64,000 bases of DNA from Promethearchaeota archaeon (GTDB lineage: Archaea; Asgardarchaeota; Lokiarchaeia; Sigyniarchaeales; SOKP01). Under the pieces are notes generated by a model. It worked only from the letters and a program-made list of their open reading frames with translations, was not told the DNA's origin and did not search any database. This document shows positions 9,977 to 20,799 of the stretch, piece after piece. The stretch lies in assembly GCA_048939015.1 (NCBI GenBank), contig JBHLPW010000015.1, positions 18,438 to 82,437 of the forward strand, in the 5' to 3' direction. The stretch's first letter is position 1, and the number at the start of each line of letters is the position of its first letter. A program made the translations under genes and the position numbers.

Positions 9977-10010
9977 GCTCATTTCCCTTCTACTTGCTCC
10001 TCTTATTTTA

Positions 10011-10385
10011 TTATTTACAATTTCTTCGCAAAGGTCTACTACCAGTGAATTTATCTTTTTTTCGACCAACACTGAAGTAATAATAGTAATCTTCTCGGTC
10101 AATATCCAAATGATACAATTCCTTTTTTTCTACCAGAGAATTACATAATCTTTTCAAAGTAGGAATAAAATGCCTATCGACATTAATGGGACTTATTTTA
10201 AAATACGGACAAACTACCAAACAAAATATATCCTCTAAAGAATAGGCGAACTCGTTGTTATCTCTAATAAAATCTCGAATTCTATTACTTAATTTTACAA
10301 AATCAAAACACTCCCAAGTCAGCTTAAATTTTCTATAATTATCCATCGTATATGTTTTTTTAATTCCTTTCATGAAGGTTCTCAC
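10011..10385 (-). CDS. Hypothetical protein, possible winged helix
   Basis: AYSLEDIF...TLKRLCNSLVEKKELY...YYYF pattern. Confidence 0.5.
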   Translation of the reverse strand: MRTFMKGIKKTYTMDNYRKFKLTWECFDFVKLSNRIRDFIRDNNEFAYSLEDIFCLVVCPYFKISPINVDRHFIPTLKRLCNSLVEKKELYHLDIDREDYYYYFSVGRKKDKFTGSRPLRRNCK

Positions 10386-10551
10386 TTCTCTTCTTTTTTC
10401 CGAATGTTTTATTCCACATTATACCGCAAAAGAAACCGAGAGTGAAATGTTTCAGTAATTCCTTATTTTTCGGTTTCAATTGGGATTCTTTTTGATCTGA
10501 ATCCTTTAAGATCTTCATCATTTCTTCTTCAAAATCCAATTCCTTTCCCAT
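10360..10551 (-). CDS. Small hypothetical protein
   Basis: 63 aa ORF between radA and the next ORF. Confidence 0.45.
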   Translation of the reverse strand: MGKELDFEEEMMKILKDSDQKESQLKPKNKELLKHFTLGFFCGIMWNKTFGKKKRSENLHERN

Positions 10552-10588
10552 AATCTGAACATTGGAATTTAATTTTTTACTATTCTCT

Positions 10589-11668
10589 CTAATAATATCT
10601 TAATTTTTCAGTCTCTTCGTCTTCGAATATTTCTTTAGTCTGTTCAATGAACTCGTCAGTAACACCTTTTCGATTGATATAAAAACTGATTTCCCGTTCA
10701 GGAAGTCCTGAATCTTTTAGCATTTTCGCATATCGTCTTGTATGTTTTCCTCTGCGTAGATAAATTCTATAGGGGGTATAATGTGCCATTACATTTCCTC
10801 CTGACCACTTGATTTGAGCTTTCATAGATCCATTCCCATAACTACCCACTTGATTGGTGTACACAACCATAACATCATATAAAATCGTGAGTTTTTTAAG
10901 AGCTTCAATCATGTGAGCTAAAAGCTGTTGTCTTTTAATGTTATCTCTAGTTCCCTTGATATATTCTGCTCTGAATTTAGCGATAATGCTATCGACAATT
11001 ATCAACTTTACATGATTTCTTCTGAATACATCGTGAATTAACTCGTCTATAATTAATTCTTGCTGAAAAGAATTTAGTGGTCTGATAAGTTCAATTCGCT
11101 CTAAAACTTTTTTCCCATCAATTCCATTTTCCTTAGCAATTTCAAGTATCCTCTCTGGTCTAAATCCTAATTCGGTATCTATGTAGATAACATCCCCGTC
11201 TAATCCGCCTTTCTCTATGGGTTGAGTTGCATATACACTTAAAGTATGTGCAATCTGGGTTTTTCCTGAGGTGCTTTTACCAAAAAATTCAACAACACTA
11301 TTTTTATGAATACCGCCTCCTAGTTTTCTCCTTACTTGGTCATAATTTAAAAATAATGAATCTAAGCGTTTACTTCCTGTAGTGAGCCTAAATGTTGCAT
11401 CCCTATTCTTATTGGTAACGGAAGCTTTTTCTCGAAAATTAATTCTCACATTTAATAACTCATATACCCCTTCAAGTATTAATCGAGCTTCCAATTCGGC
11501 TATCTTTAGTATAGACATAAGTTGAGGTATTTTTAATGCTGAAAGTTGCTCTATTGTCTCAATTCCCGCTCTTCTTAACTTATTCTTCGTCTCATTAGAA
11601 AGTTTTAGTGCGGTAATTTTATTGGATTTTAACTTTTCAGTCATTTGATTTTGTTCGCCTTGTGTCAT
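10589..11668 (-). CDS. radA: RadA/Rad51-family recombinase paralogue
   Basis: N-terminal HhH, LTTGSKRLD, EFFGKSTSGKTQ, YIDTE.GFRPER, IIVDS, TNQV, GGNVMAH. Confidence 0.9.
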   Translation of the reverse strand: MTQGEQNQMTEKLKSNKITALKLSNETKNKLRRAGIETIEQLSALKIPQLMSILKIAELEARLILEGVYELLNVRINFREKASVTNKNRDATFRLTTGSKRLDSLFLNYDQVRRKLGGGIHKNSVVEFFGKSTSGKTQIAHTLSVYATQPIEKGGLDGDVIYIDTELGFRPERILEIAKENGIDGKKVLERIELIRPLNSFQQELIIDELIHDVFRRNHVKLIIVDSIIAKFRAEYIKGTRDNIKRQQLLAHMIEALKKLTILYDVMVVYTNQVGSYGNGSMKAQIKWSGGNVMAHYTPYRIYLRRGKHTRRYAKMLKDSGLPEREISFYINRKGVTDEFIEQTKEIFEDEETEKLRYY

Positions 11669-12124
11669 TTTTAAGACCTTTACCCTTTTTCCTCTTTTTT
11701 TAAAATATCATTTATATATCCCGACAAAAATATTTGCCAATATGACTATATTAATTTTTATATATTTAAATGTTTTACTTTTGTGAGGATTTATAATGAT
11801 TAGTTTTTTTATTGTTTAGCTAAATGTTGATTAATGTTTAATTATATAAATAAAACTAAAAATCGTGATCTTTTATTCATATCTTTATAATAATATAATT
11901 AAAAATTAATTAAAAAATAAGAAAAATTATGTTATTTAATATAAATCAAGGTTCTATATTCTATTATTATGGTTATATATAGAAGAAAGTGGATTATTTA
12001 TAAGAAAAAATGCATGAAATTGCTGTACTATGATTACAAATCAAATATTTTTAAAATATAATATTATTATTATATCCTACTTTCATATTAATAATATTTA
12101 TGAAAAGAATGGTGTTAATTAAAA

Positions 12125-12406
12125 ATGAAAGATGTAATTTCTTTGACGTATAGTGGAAAAACATTAGGCTTTCCTATTCAAAGCGGATTTTTGGAAGAAT
12201 TAGGTCTGAAGCGTGGGAATTGGGTTGAAGTAGAAGTTTTTATTCCGTATCAAGGAAAATCATCATTTATAATTACACGAAGATTAAAACCTATTGGAAG
12301 TTCACTAGGAGTTACAATTCGCAAATACATAGTTGAGGAATTAAGTCTTAAAAAAGGAGATAATTTACAAATTGATGTTAGAACACCTAAAACCTCAATA
12401 GCCTAA
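12125..12406 (+). CDS. AbrB/MazE-like swapped-hairpin regulator (tandem domain)
   Basis: GSSLGVTIRKYIVEELSLKKGDNLQI. Confidence 0.75.
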   Translation: MKDVISLTYSGKTLGFPIQSGFLEELGLKRGNWVEVEVFIPYQGKSSFIITRRLKPIGSSLGVTIRKYIVEELSLKKGDNLQIDVRTPKTSIA

Positions 12407-12453
12407 TGACACTTTTCTTATTTTTTCTCTTATTTTTATTTTTTTCACATCTT

Positions 12454-13701
12454 TTAACGCCTAACTGTAAGTTCCATTAATTTTTTAATGGTAAACCGTT
12501 TTTTGATTTTTTCCCGATTTATGAAAAGAATTACTCCCAAGAAACCTAACATAAGAGTGGTAGTTATACTAACAATTACTTGGATATTAGAGGAGTTGTT
12601 ATTTATAATCTCATTTATTTCTATGGTAAAATTTAACAATAAGGTTTTGGTTTCTAATATTTCTGTTCCCTCAAATGTGAATTCTATTCTGAATTCTTGT
12701 TGGGAAGCAATATTTTCCAGATTAAATAGATTTTCAGTAAGAACAATAGTAAACATCCCTAAATTATTGCTATTTTGCTCATTCTCATATAATAGAGTTG
12801 ATCCATTATAAAGATGTATTTTTATCGGTACATTCTCTAATGGTGTCTTGGTATTATAATAATAAAATAGAATTATTTCAATATCCTTTGGATTTGTATA
12901 CACTTCTTCAAAACTAAGTATATCTATAAAAATAGGTAATTTATTTACTAAAACCTCGTAATAAAACATTTCCCCATTATATAAAGTTTCATTTTCAATT
13001 GTAAATGTAATTTGATTTATTCCTATTGCCAATTGATTTAATGAGGAAAAAATCAGTGAAATTCTACCTGTACTATTTGTTACGTAAGCATTTTGGAATG
13101 TAGTAATATCATTTGACACAATTTTTACATCAATTGGTCTGCTCGTTAAATTTGAGCTGTTTACTGAATCATAAAATCTTGCAGTAAAACTCAAAGTCTC
13201 TCCATAAGTTAAATAATCGTCGAATCCTTCAAGTTCGCATGAAACATTTTTTTTAACTACATCAATTCTTACAGTTCTTAGATAGGTCATCATAGTGTTT
13301 GTGGTATCAATCTGAAAATAAAATATGAATAACCTAACTTTCAGAGAAATAGAGGAAAAATTATATGAATCAAAATCTAAATCTAAAATATTAACAGACC
13401 AATTTTGCTCAATTGTCCCTTGATCAGTAATTTCTTCACTCATCCAGAGGATATCATCATTTAAATCGCAAATATGGAGTGCTAAATATGATATTTCGTT
13501 CGCAGGATTGTATTCTAAATACCAAGAGGCATTAACATGAATCTTTTCGTCAAGATAATAGGAATCCTTATCAATCTCAAAGTGTATTACATAAGAGTAG
13601 AATGCTTTCACTAATTGTGGGAATCCAAAAATTAAAATGAATATCAATAAAAAAGTTAATCCGAATTTTGTTCGTTTCATACTAACTTTTGATATACTCA
13701 T
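12454..13701 (-). CDS. Secreted, C-terminally anchored Ig-like surface protein
   Basis: Signal peptide ending VKA, beta-rich repeats (TNSTG, SNNLG), C-terminal TM plus basic tail. Confidence 0.75.
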   Translation of the reverse strand: MSISKVSMKRTKFGLTFLLIFILIFGFPQLVKAFYSYVIHFEIDKDSYYLDEKIHVNASWYLEYNPANEISYLALHICDLNDDILWMSEEITDQGTIEQNWSVNILDLDFDSYNFSSISLKVRLFIFYFQIDTTNTMMTYLRTVRIDVVKKNVSCELEGFDDYLTYGETLSFTARFYDSVNSSNLTSRPIDVKIVSNDITTFQNAYVTNSTGRISLIFSSLNQLAIGINQITFTIENETLYNGEMFYYEVLVNKLPIFIDILSFEEVYTNPKDIEIILFYYYNTKTPLENVPIKIHLYNGSTLLYENEQNSNNLGMFTIVLTENLFNLENIASQQEFRIEFTFEGTEILETKTLLLNFTIEINEIINNNSSNIQVIVSITTTLMLGFLGVILFINREKIKKRFTIKKLMELTVRR

Positions 13702-13796
13702 AAAAAATCTCCACTAATTTTTGAAATCTTTTATAAAGATGAGAGAAAGGAAAATATATTAGAAAAGACTAATACTCAAAAAGCATTAGTAAGATT

Positions 13797-14015
13797 CTAT
13801 ATGTTCCCTTCTCTCTTAATATAGCTTCTTATCTCTTTTACAATAATATATGAAACTACTATTAATACTACAATAAGAGCCGATATTGTCATAGTAGATA
13901 TTGTAAATAATACTCCAATTAATCCAGAATATATGATAAGTGCAATATTTTCCAACACGGTTAAAACCATTAAGAACATTAGTGTCCCATAAATGGTATT
14001 CTTTTTCACTTTCAT
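13797..14015 (-). CDS. Small two-TM protein (pilin-like)
   Basis: 72 aa, two hydrophobic helices. Confidence 0.6.
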   Translation of the reverse strand: MKVKKNTIYGTLMFLMVLTVLENIALIIYSGLIGVLFTISTMTISALIVVLIVVSYIIVKEIRSYIKREGNI

Positions 14016-14127
14016 TTTTACTTCAGTATTTAATTTTTTTATTTAAAATTGTATGATTACTTTCCACATGAAATAAAATAAACTCCTCTAAAATGCATTT
14101 TACTTTTCTTTTAACTTCATATTTAAT

Positions 14128-14760
14128 TTATATAAAACATTTCATAAATGTAGTAAATCCAAATAATAGACAATCAATAATTCCTGCAATAAATAGTTTA
14201 AAACTCGTGGTATGTGTCTTGTTTGCATACATAATCATAAATCTTAACCCCATTATGATTCCTGCAAATCCTGTGAATGAAGATAACGCAAAACAATAAA
14301 ATATTGTTTTTTCGTAGGGTAATATTGCTAAAGTGGGATCTTGAATTCGAGCCATTAAATCTTTTGGAATTATCCTTGCAAAATTTAAAAAGTCATACAC
14401 AAATGCGTCTGGAATTGGATCTAAAATGAACTTGAATACATGTATCAAATACCCCAAAAGAAATCCTGTCGCTAATGCAAGATAAAAAATACCTAAAATA
14501 ATATGAGTCTCCTTTAACTTCTCTAAATGTAATTTCTGCTCTTCTTCCATATCGTATTCTTTCATTTTCAATCCTCTGGAAAATCCTCTATATCTTCGCA
14601 ACGTTAAATACCCAATAGCATAAAGCATAAAAATTAAGATATATTTCAAAAGGGGAAATAAAGTTTCCATTAATGTATTAAAGATAACAAAAAAATTCAA
14701 AAGCCTGTCAAAAATATCTTCAAAACCATTACTTATACTAAGAATTTGCAATCTTATCAT
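14128..14760 (-). CDS. Multi-pass membrane protein
   Basis: About four hydrophobic segments. Confidence 0.7.
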   Translation of the reverse strand: MIRLQILSISNGFEDIFDRLLNFFVIFNTLMETLFPLLKYILIFMLYAIGYLTLRRYRGFSRGLKMKEYDMEEEQKLHLEKLKETHIILGIFYLALATGFLLGYLIHVFKFILDPIPDAFVYDFLNFARIIPKDLMARIQDPTLAILPYEKTIFYCFALSSFTGFAGIIMGLRFMIMYANKTHTTSFKLFIAGIIDCLLFGFTTFMKCFI

Positions 14761-14776
14761 TATCTAACCACCTAAC

Positions 14777-15094
14777 TCAAAATCTCCTGCTAATTTTTTT
14801 CTTTTTTTCTTGTCTTCCAGGTAATTTCCTGGATGTATTATCTATTTGTCTACTCTCTTGATTTGTTAAGTTTTTCTCTTTTTTTTTACGTTCTTCTTGC
14901 TCTTTATATAGTTTTTCGCAAGTCTCCTTCAAACTTCTAAATGCTTCTGCTTCCTCTGTTGTTTCAAAAAAGGTATCTTGTAAACCATCATCATTACTAA
15001 ATACTTGTGTATTTTCTAAATCTTCTTCCATTTCTTTATTGACCTCTTTTTTAGTTTTTCCTTCATTTCTTTTAGTTTTTTCCTTTAATTTCAT
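14777..15094 (-). CDS. Charged hypothetical protein
   Basis: 105 aa ORF with upstream GAGG RBS. Confidence 0.55.
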   Translation of the reverse strand: MKLKEKTKRNEGKTKKEVNKEMEEDLENTQVFSNDDGLQDTFFETTEEAEAFRSLKETCEKLYKEQEERKKKEKNLTNQESRQIDNTSRKLPGRQEKKKKISRRF

Positions 15095-15125
15095 TTTAAA
15101 CCTCTCAATTTTTTAATATATATAC

Positions 15126-16808
15126 TCATGTTCTATTTATTGTGGTATTACACACATCACAGCGAACAATATCCCCTAATATTTCATTCCCGCAAAAATG
15201 ACAAAACAATGTTGTATCAGTTGTCATATCTACTATTTCGGGTTGTTCCTGTGGAGACTCTATTACTTCTTGCATGATTTCCTGTCCTGTCTCATTGTGT
15301 ATTCTTTCTAAAATTTCTTTATTATTTTTCTCAATTTCTTCTTCTGAGAGCCATTCTCGTTTTATAAATGGTACTTTTAACGCAAAAGGCTTCCCTATTG
15401 AATTCACCCGTATCATGCATTTTCCTACACCCAGTAAAGATAAAAATTTTCGTTCTTTATCTTCAAAATTTAGTAAATCCTGTAAATAATCCTTCTGCAT
15501 GTGATTTTGAAATGATACCAGAATTCCGCAATTTGCTAGAATTTCAGGTGAAACTGCTGGGCGGGTAGCTAAAGAGATTAAACATTCTCCTGTACCCCTT
15601 AGCAATAATGCAATATCTTCAATATAAGAAGAAATGGTGGATCGTTTTGTGGTTGATTGGGATGCAAAATACTGTGCATCTTCTATTATGGTAATATGGC
15701 GAATTCCCTTGTATTCCTTACTTCCCATTTCGATATTTTTGTCCCATAAATACTTGAAAAGCATATTTAAGAAAAACAGTGTATCTTCTTTTTCTCCGCC
15801 AATTTTTATAATTCCGCTGACATCAAGTAAGATATTATGCTTGAATATTTCCTTTACATCTAATCCCATCTTTGTCTCAAAACTGTGTTTTAATGTACCT
15901 AAGCTATAGCGTCGTATTCTATTGGTTACTGCGGTAACACTGCTTTTAAAGGTAGGATCTCTTGTTTCTTTGTAGATTTCTGCATAATATATCTCTGATT
16001 CTTCATAAAATGCTTTCCATTTTCTTTTTGCGGGATCTTCGCAGACTCTTTTTAAGATATCTGTGAACACTCGTTCCATCTGGGGGGTATACTCAACTCC
16101 TTCGAATAATCCGCCACTTCTGAAAATCTGAAATACCCGTTCCGCATGAACTTCACTGTCCTGTCCTTCAGGATCAAAAATATTAATAGCAAAATTTTTC
16201 CCCACAATAAAAACCAGTAAATTAGGAATTTTCTTTTGTAAGTAATGATATTCTCCTTTGAATTCTGCCAATAGAAACGGTGTCCCATATTTTTTTGTGT
16301 AATTTATTAAGAAATTTTGAAAAAAATTGCTTTTTCCCGATCCTGTAATCCCTGTTATAAACATGTGTCTGGCAAGGTCTTCTAATCTTATGTAATAGTT
16401 GTATCTTTTTTTATTCCCATATAAAATTGTACCTACATTTATATCTCCTTTTCCAGCTAAATTCTTAGTAGGATAACTCAATTTAATTAGTTCTTCTTTT
16501 TTCACATATTTAAATGATTTTACACTTATTACTAGCGAAATCCAAAAGATAGTCTGGTTTACTGTAATTAAAGATAGCGAAAATTTATGCTTAAGATATT
16601 CTGAATTAAGGTAAAATTCTAAATTTATAAGATAATACAATAAAATGAGGAAATTAAATAAAACAAAAATACCATTAAAGATCCTATTTGAGACTGTGTT
16701 TCTTTTTCTAATAATGGTATTTTTAAAAGTTCTCTTTCTGAAAAAATAACTATTAATAGAGAAAAAGAAAAATCCGATGCATAAACCCAATTCGATAAAT
16801 AAAATCAT
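15126..16808 (-). CDS. Membrane-anchored HerA/VirB4/VirD4-like ATPase (DUF87) with C-terminal Zn ribbon
   Basis: Three N-terminal TMs, RHMFITGITGSGKS, EFKGEY, IIEDAQ, ATRP, CHFC...CDVC. Confidence 0.85.
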   Translation of the reverse strand: MILFIELGLCIGFFFFSINSYFFRKRTFKNTIIRKRNTVSNRIFNGIFVLFNFLILLYYLINLEFYLNSEYLKHKFSLSLITVNQTIFWISLVISVKSFKYVKKEELIKLSYPTKNLAGKGDINVGTILYGNKKRYNYYIRLEDLARHMFITGITGSGKSNFFQNFLINYTKKYGTPFLLAEFKGEYHYLQKKIPNLLVFIVGKNFAINIFDPEGQDSEVHAERVFQIFRSGGLFEGVEYTPQMERVFTDILKRVCEDPAKRKWKAFYEESEIYYAEIYKETRDPTFKSSVTAVTNRIRRYSLGTLKHSFETKMGLDVKEIFKHNILLDVSGIIKIGGEKEDTLFFLNMLFKYLWDKNIEMGSKEYKGIRHITIIEDAQYFASQSTTKRSTISSYIEDIALLLRGTGECLISLATRPAVSPEILANCGILVSFQNHMQKDYLQDLLNFEDKERKFLSLLGVGKCMIRVNSIGKPFALKVPFIKREWLSEEEIEKNNKEILERIHNETGQEIMQEVIESPQEQPEIVDMTTDTTLFCHFCGNEILGDIVRCDVCNTTINRT

Positions 16809-17130
16809 TATAATTTCTCCAATTTCTAAAATTTAAACTCCAATTTTCTCAATAAAATAATTTCTGGTTGTGTGAGATCTTCTATATCTGAGAGTTTTTA
16901 GGGTAAAAATTTCTTATTCATTTGTAGGATTTATATTAATTAACATAATTTATCGATTTTTCCATTTGAGATTTTTTATTAAATTTATTTAATATTATCG
17001 CAAATTATACCAATAGTATCTAATTTCTGAATTGCTTAAATTATTTTTTTTTGTAAATTTTTTTCTCTTAAATGAATTAAAATAAAAAAAAGGTAGTTAA
17101 GGTATTTGAAATATAGGAGTTATTTCAAAT

Positions 17131-17313
17131 TTAGGCAAATGTATATGCTTCTTCTTGAGATTGCGGTAAGCTGAGAATTTCTACATTATCTTTCTCAACA
17201 TCGCCACATCTTAGACATTCCCATAAGTATACAACTACATTTACTAATCTAATAATATGCAGTCGTGAATCTCCTGTACAATTTTTACATGCTTTATATA
17301 ATACCATTTTCAT
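17131..17313 (-). CDS. Small zinc-ribbon protein
   Basis: CKNC...CLRC. Confidence 0.6.
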   Translation of the reverse strand: MKMVLYKACKNCTGDSRLHIIRLVNVVVYLWECLRCGDVEKDNVEILSLPQSQEEAYTFA

Positions 17314-17522
17314 TACTTCCGTTTTTTTAATGTACTATTATTTAGTTCATTATATCTTATGTCATTTGAAATTAGTTCTACACATTCTACAAATTCTTTC
17401 AAATTATCTGGTGTATCTTCCATTACTTTCTTAGTAGCATTTAAAATTCTCCATAGATAACTTTTTTCTGTAGTATATAGAAGCATTTGCCCCAATTCTT
17501 CTAAATGAATCTGATTGAACAA
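17313..17522 (-). CDS. Small hypothetical protein
   Basis: 69 aa, AGGTGA RBS, coupled to the next ORF. Confidence 0.55.
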   Translation of the reverse strand: MFNQIHLEELGQMLLYTTEKSYLWRILNATKKVMEDTPDNLKEFVECVELISNDIRYNELNNSTLKKRK

Positions 17523-17582
17523 TTTTTAGTTCACCTTTTTGGATTCTTAACAGGATAAATCAAAAAAAAAAAAAAATAAAAA

Positions 17583-19730
17583 TTAGATTAATTTTTGCAG
17601 TTCTTCTTCAAGATAGAATTTATTCTGGTCTTTCAATTTAAGTTTGACCTTTCGTTTTGAATTTAGAGATTGTACTAATTTTAATATCGCTTCTAGTACG
17701 GGTTCCGGTTTAAATCTAAGAGATAAATCTTTATTATATATTATGCATTCAATCTTATCAATTTCAATACCGAGTAATTCTGATATTAATTTTGCATAAA
17801 GACAAACCTGTGGTAAACCTTTATATACTTTATAAATAGTAGGTTTATATTCACCTATTACAAGGAAATCCTTTTTGATACCTAATAAATCGATATGTCC
17901 CGTGATTTCTTTATTGGTGTTCCATACAGGTATTTCCATTCCAATAATTTCACCAATGTTATTGATTGATTGTAGTTGTATAGGTTCATGTGTAGGATTT
18001 CTGTTATAAAATTCATTATATAGATTTGTCTCTTCTTCTGCTACCCTCTTCAACTTCGTTGTTATTTTATCTTCCCCATTCTTTTCCAAATATCCATTTG
18101 AAATTAGTGGATTTATTAGTTGACTAATTATTTCTTTCGATGTAACTTGTTCTTTGGGCGTTCCTTTTAAAATGAAACTCGAACATCTTAGCTTAGGATT
18201 ATTAAATAGCTCTAAAGGATACTTATCGATGTCGATATTATCAACAAAATTTAGGATTTTTTCTCTTTTACTATTGTCTTCTATTTTATCTATTGAATTG
18301 GGACTGAATCTGAATTTATATTTTATTGACCCATTGTTCAGATCTTTGCCCTTTAGAACTTTTTCCTTTAAAATTTCATTTGTAAGTTCCTCGATTTCGG
18401 TATACTGATGTTGGGTTATCTCATTTTTCTTGCTTAGTCTTCTTATGTTTTTCTTTATCTTAAGGTAAACACTGGTTGTTAAACTGCTATCTAATAATTT
18501 TCTAATTAAATAAGATGGTTTAACAGCAAAATTAAATGATATAACTTTTTTCATAAAGGTTGTAATATCAAAATCTAATATCTCGAATAAGTTTTTGATA
18601 AAGAGAACATCTTGTTTCTTTGTTTGATTCCATAATTCATTTAGTTTTATTATAAATGTTTCGTTAGTGTAATCAAATCTTTCTAATTTTACATTTAGAT
18701 GTTTTTGTATTGTGTCTTTTAAGTAATCTCTTAATCTGTCTGTTTTATTCTGTGATAGTTCTAACAATTTCGTAATCTTTGTTAAACTCATTTTTTTTGA
18801 TGTGGTTTTAGGGAGTTCGCTTATTAAGGTCATATAAACGATAACTAAGGCTACATATTGAGGTAAAAAACTTTGATAAAATAGTGTATCAAATAATTTA
18901 CCGATATTTAATCCATGAGTCTTTAATATATTTTTCATTGGTACTCGTACTTGCCTACCTTCATCGATGTTTGTTATATTATATTCTATACTATTTTCAG
19001 TTAGATGATTAACTAACTCCTCAACTTTTTTTATTACGTCCTCAATTTCGATATTAATATTGTATAATTCTTTCAGTGTCTCTATATACTTTTTAGCGTA
19101 TTTTTTGATTTTATTCAAATAATCTAATTGATTAATTGAGAAGATCTCTCTCTGAAAAAATCTTACAACACCTGCAAATGGACTTTCACTTATTTTACCT
19201 TTCAGAATTCTAGTAAAATATCTATTACTTATTTTCGAGCTATCTAAATCATAGTCTATCAAAAGAGTTATGTAAATTATTGCACCTGCAATATATTCTT
19301 TGTGTTTATTTACTAATGGTAATGTTTGATATATCGTCTTTTTTTTATTGATATGTTTCTCTCTTAATTCTGCTATATATTTTTTACTTAAATCTATGAA
19401 TTCTGTCCTATCAATATGTTTGAATGGGTTATACTTTGCTAATTCAGTTAGTTGATCTTCTATTGCATCAGATATATTATTAAGATATTCCTTGTTTTTT
19501 GTTTCAATCGTTTTCATGCATGGAATAACTAGAATTTCTTTACCACATTTTTGACATTTAATCTTTCTTTTATCTTTGCCGTTCCATTTCTTTTTAGGAA
19601 TATATATTTGTTCATAATTACAACAATAAGTCGTTAATTTCACTTCCCTTATAAATTCGGTTTGACATTCACCAATATTAGATGTTGGGACATTTTTTTT
19701 TGAAATAAACTTGTCTAAACTTGTGTTCAT
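17583..19730 (-). CDS. Zn-ribbon / TFIIB-cyclin-like / PD-(D/E)XK nuclease fusion
   Basis: CC...CQKC; IAGAIIYI and YVALVIVYM cyclin-like helices; C-terminal EIPVW...GHIDLL...EYKP...QVCLYA. Confidence 0.65.
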   Translation of the reverse strand: MNTSLDKFISKKNVPTSNIGECQTEFIREVKLTTYCCNYEQIYIPKKKWNGKDKRKIKCQKCGKEILVIPCMKTIETKNKEYLNNISDAIEDQLTELAKYNPFKHIDRTEFIDLSKKYIAELREKHINKKKTIYQTLPLVNKHKEYIAGAIIYITLLIDYDLDSSKISNRYFTRILKGKISESPFAGVVRFFQREIFSINQLDYLNKIKKYAKKYIETLKELYNINIEIEDVIKKVEELVNHLTENSIEYNITNIDEGRQVRVPMKNILKTHGLNIGKLFDTLFYQSFLPQYVALVIVYMTLISELPKTTSKKMSLTKITKLLELSQNKTDRLRDYLKDTIQKHLNVKLERFDYTNETFIIKLNELWNQTKKQDVLFIKNLFEILDFDITTFMKKVISFNFAVKPSYLIRKLLDSSLTTSVYLKIKKNIRRLSKKNEITQHQYTEIEELTNEILKEKVLKGKDLNNGSIKYKFRFSPNSIDKIEDNSKREKILNFVDNIDIDKYPLELFNNPKLRCSSFILKGTPKEQVTSKEIISQLINPLISNGYLEKNGEDKITTKLKRVAEEETNLYNEFYNRNPTHEPIQLQSINNIGEIIGMEIPVWNTNKEITGHIDLLGIKKDFLVIGEYKPTIYKVYKGLPQVCLYAKLISELLGIEIDKIECIIYNKDLSLRFKPEPVLEAILKLVQSLNSKRKVKLKLKDQNKFYLEEELQKLI

Positions 19731-20194
19731 ATATTATTTCACCCTCTTCAAAAATCATTGATTTCAACAATATACTGATTTTGTTGATTGCATCTTATAC
19801 ATATTTTCAAATTTTTATTAAAAAAGAAATCGTTTAATTGATGCCATTTCTTATAATTGGAATATATATTTGATTTTGTTATTTTCTCATCACCCTTGAC
19901 TTGTCTTTAATGATTACATTGAATTTAAATAAAAAAAGTAAGTTAATTTTTTAAATTTCAATTGGTTTGAATTTAGAAGTTCAAAGAAAATCTTTCTTTA
20001 TCTTTTAACAATCCTGTGACAATTTTTTTCATTGTCTTCAAATGAACTATATAGATTTGGTAGTAATTCCTCTTCTAAATTCATTTCCTTGGAATTTTAA
20101 CTATATGTTCTATGAATTCATGAATAGAATAAAAGAATATATATATTTGGTTTAAGTAGTAATGTATATTCCTTAATTTGGTATTCATGATTAG

Positions 20195-20545
20195 TCACGT
20201 AAGTACCTCATTCTTTTTTAACACCCATGTCTCGATTTCTAATTGCTGTTCTTGGTCTTTTGTAGGTTTCCATGTTTTTACAGTACTTTTTGGTATCCAT
20301 GCTTCTATTACATCAAATTTAATGCAAAGAGCCTTTTGGGTTTCCTTTTTAATCGTTCCTGTTATTTTGGTGGTCGGTTTTGGTTTGCTGTTATGAATCT
20401 GTGCGTTTGTCTTCTTCTTCGGTTTTTTCTTGGGGGGTACTACGGGAATATCATCTTCGAAACATGATTCAATGAAATACTCCTTAATCGATTCTTTAAC
20501 TATTTCTTTTATTGTCTTAATATCATCGGGAGTAAGCATTTTCAA
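20195..20545 (-). CDS. Small protein with C-terminal OB/SH3-like domain
   Basis: GAGGTGA RBS; KETQKAL...EAWIPKS motif common in virus and plasmid proteins. Confidence 0.65.
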   Translation of the reverse strand: MKMLTPDDIKTIKEIVKESIKEYFIESCFEDDIPVVPPKKKPKKKTNAQIHNSKPKPTTKITGTIKKETQKALCIKFDVIEAWIPKSTVKTWKPTKDQEQQLEIETWVLKKNEVLT

Positions 20546-20799
20546 AAATCACCTCTTATGAATAAGAATTTTTATCCCTATGGTTTGTAGTTAGATTTTG
20601 TGTGCTTTTTTTAGGTAAAGTTGTCCCCTAAAAGTTAATATAGGAGATCTCACACAAACAGAAATCGTCGTCTTCTCTGGTTATTTCTGCCCTAGCGACA
20701 ACACATACCTATGTTAAGAGATTACAACACATATCTTATTTTTTGGTAAACCACGATTTTTTAATTAAATTTACTTATAATTTAAATGATAGAAAAAAA

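Larger units (their letters stand above)
16860..20665. repeat. Long-range inverted repeat pair C
   Basis: 16860-16887 matches the reverse complement of 20638-20665 at 26/28; 16899-16921 matches the reverse complement of 20558-20580 at 20/23. Confidence 0.85.

Noticed and set aside
9826-9990. ORB-containing replication origin upstream of cdc6
   Set aside because: No convincing TCCAnTGGAAA plus G-string repeats, and the adjacent Cdc6 lacks its DNA-binding WH
17563-17582. Poly-A tracts (also 32640-32652)
   Set aside because: Expected in very AT-rich DNA; probably T-rich terminators on the opposite strand, with no TSD
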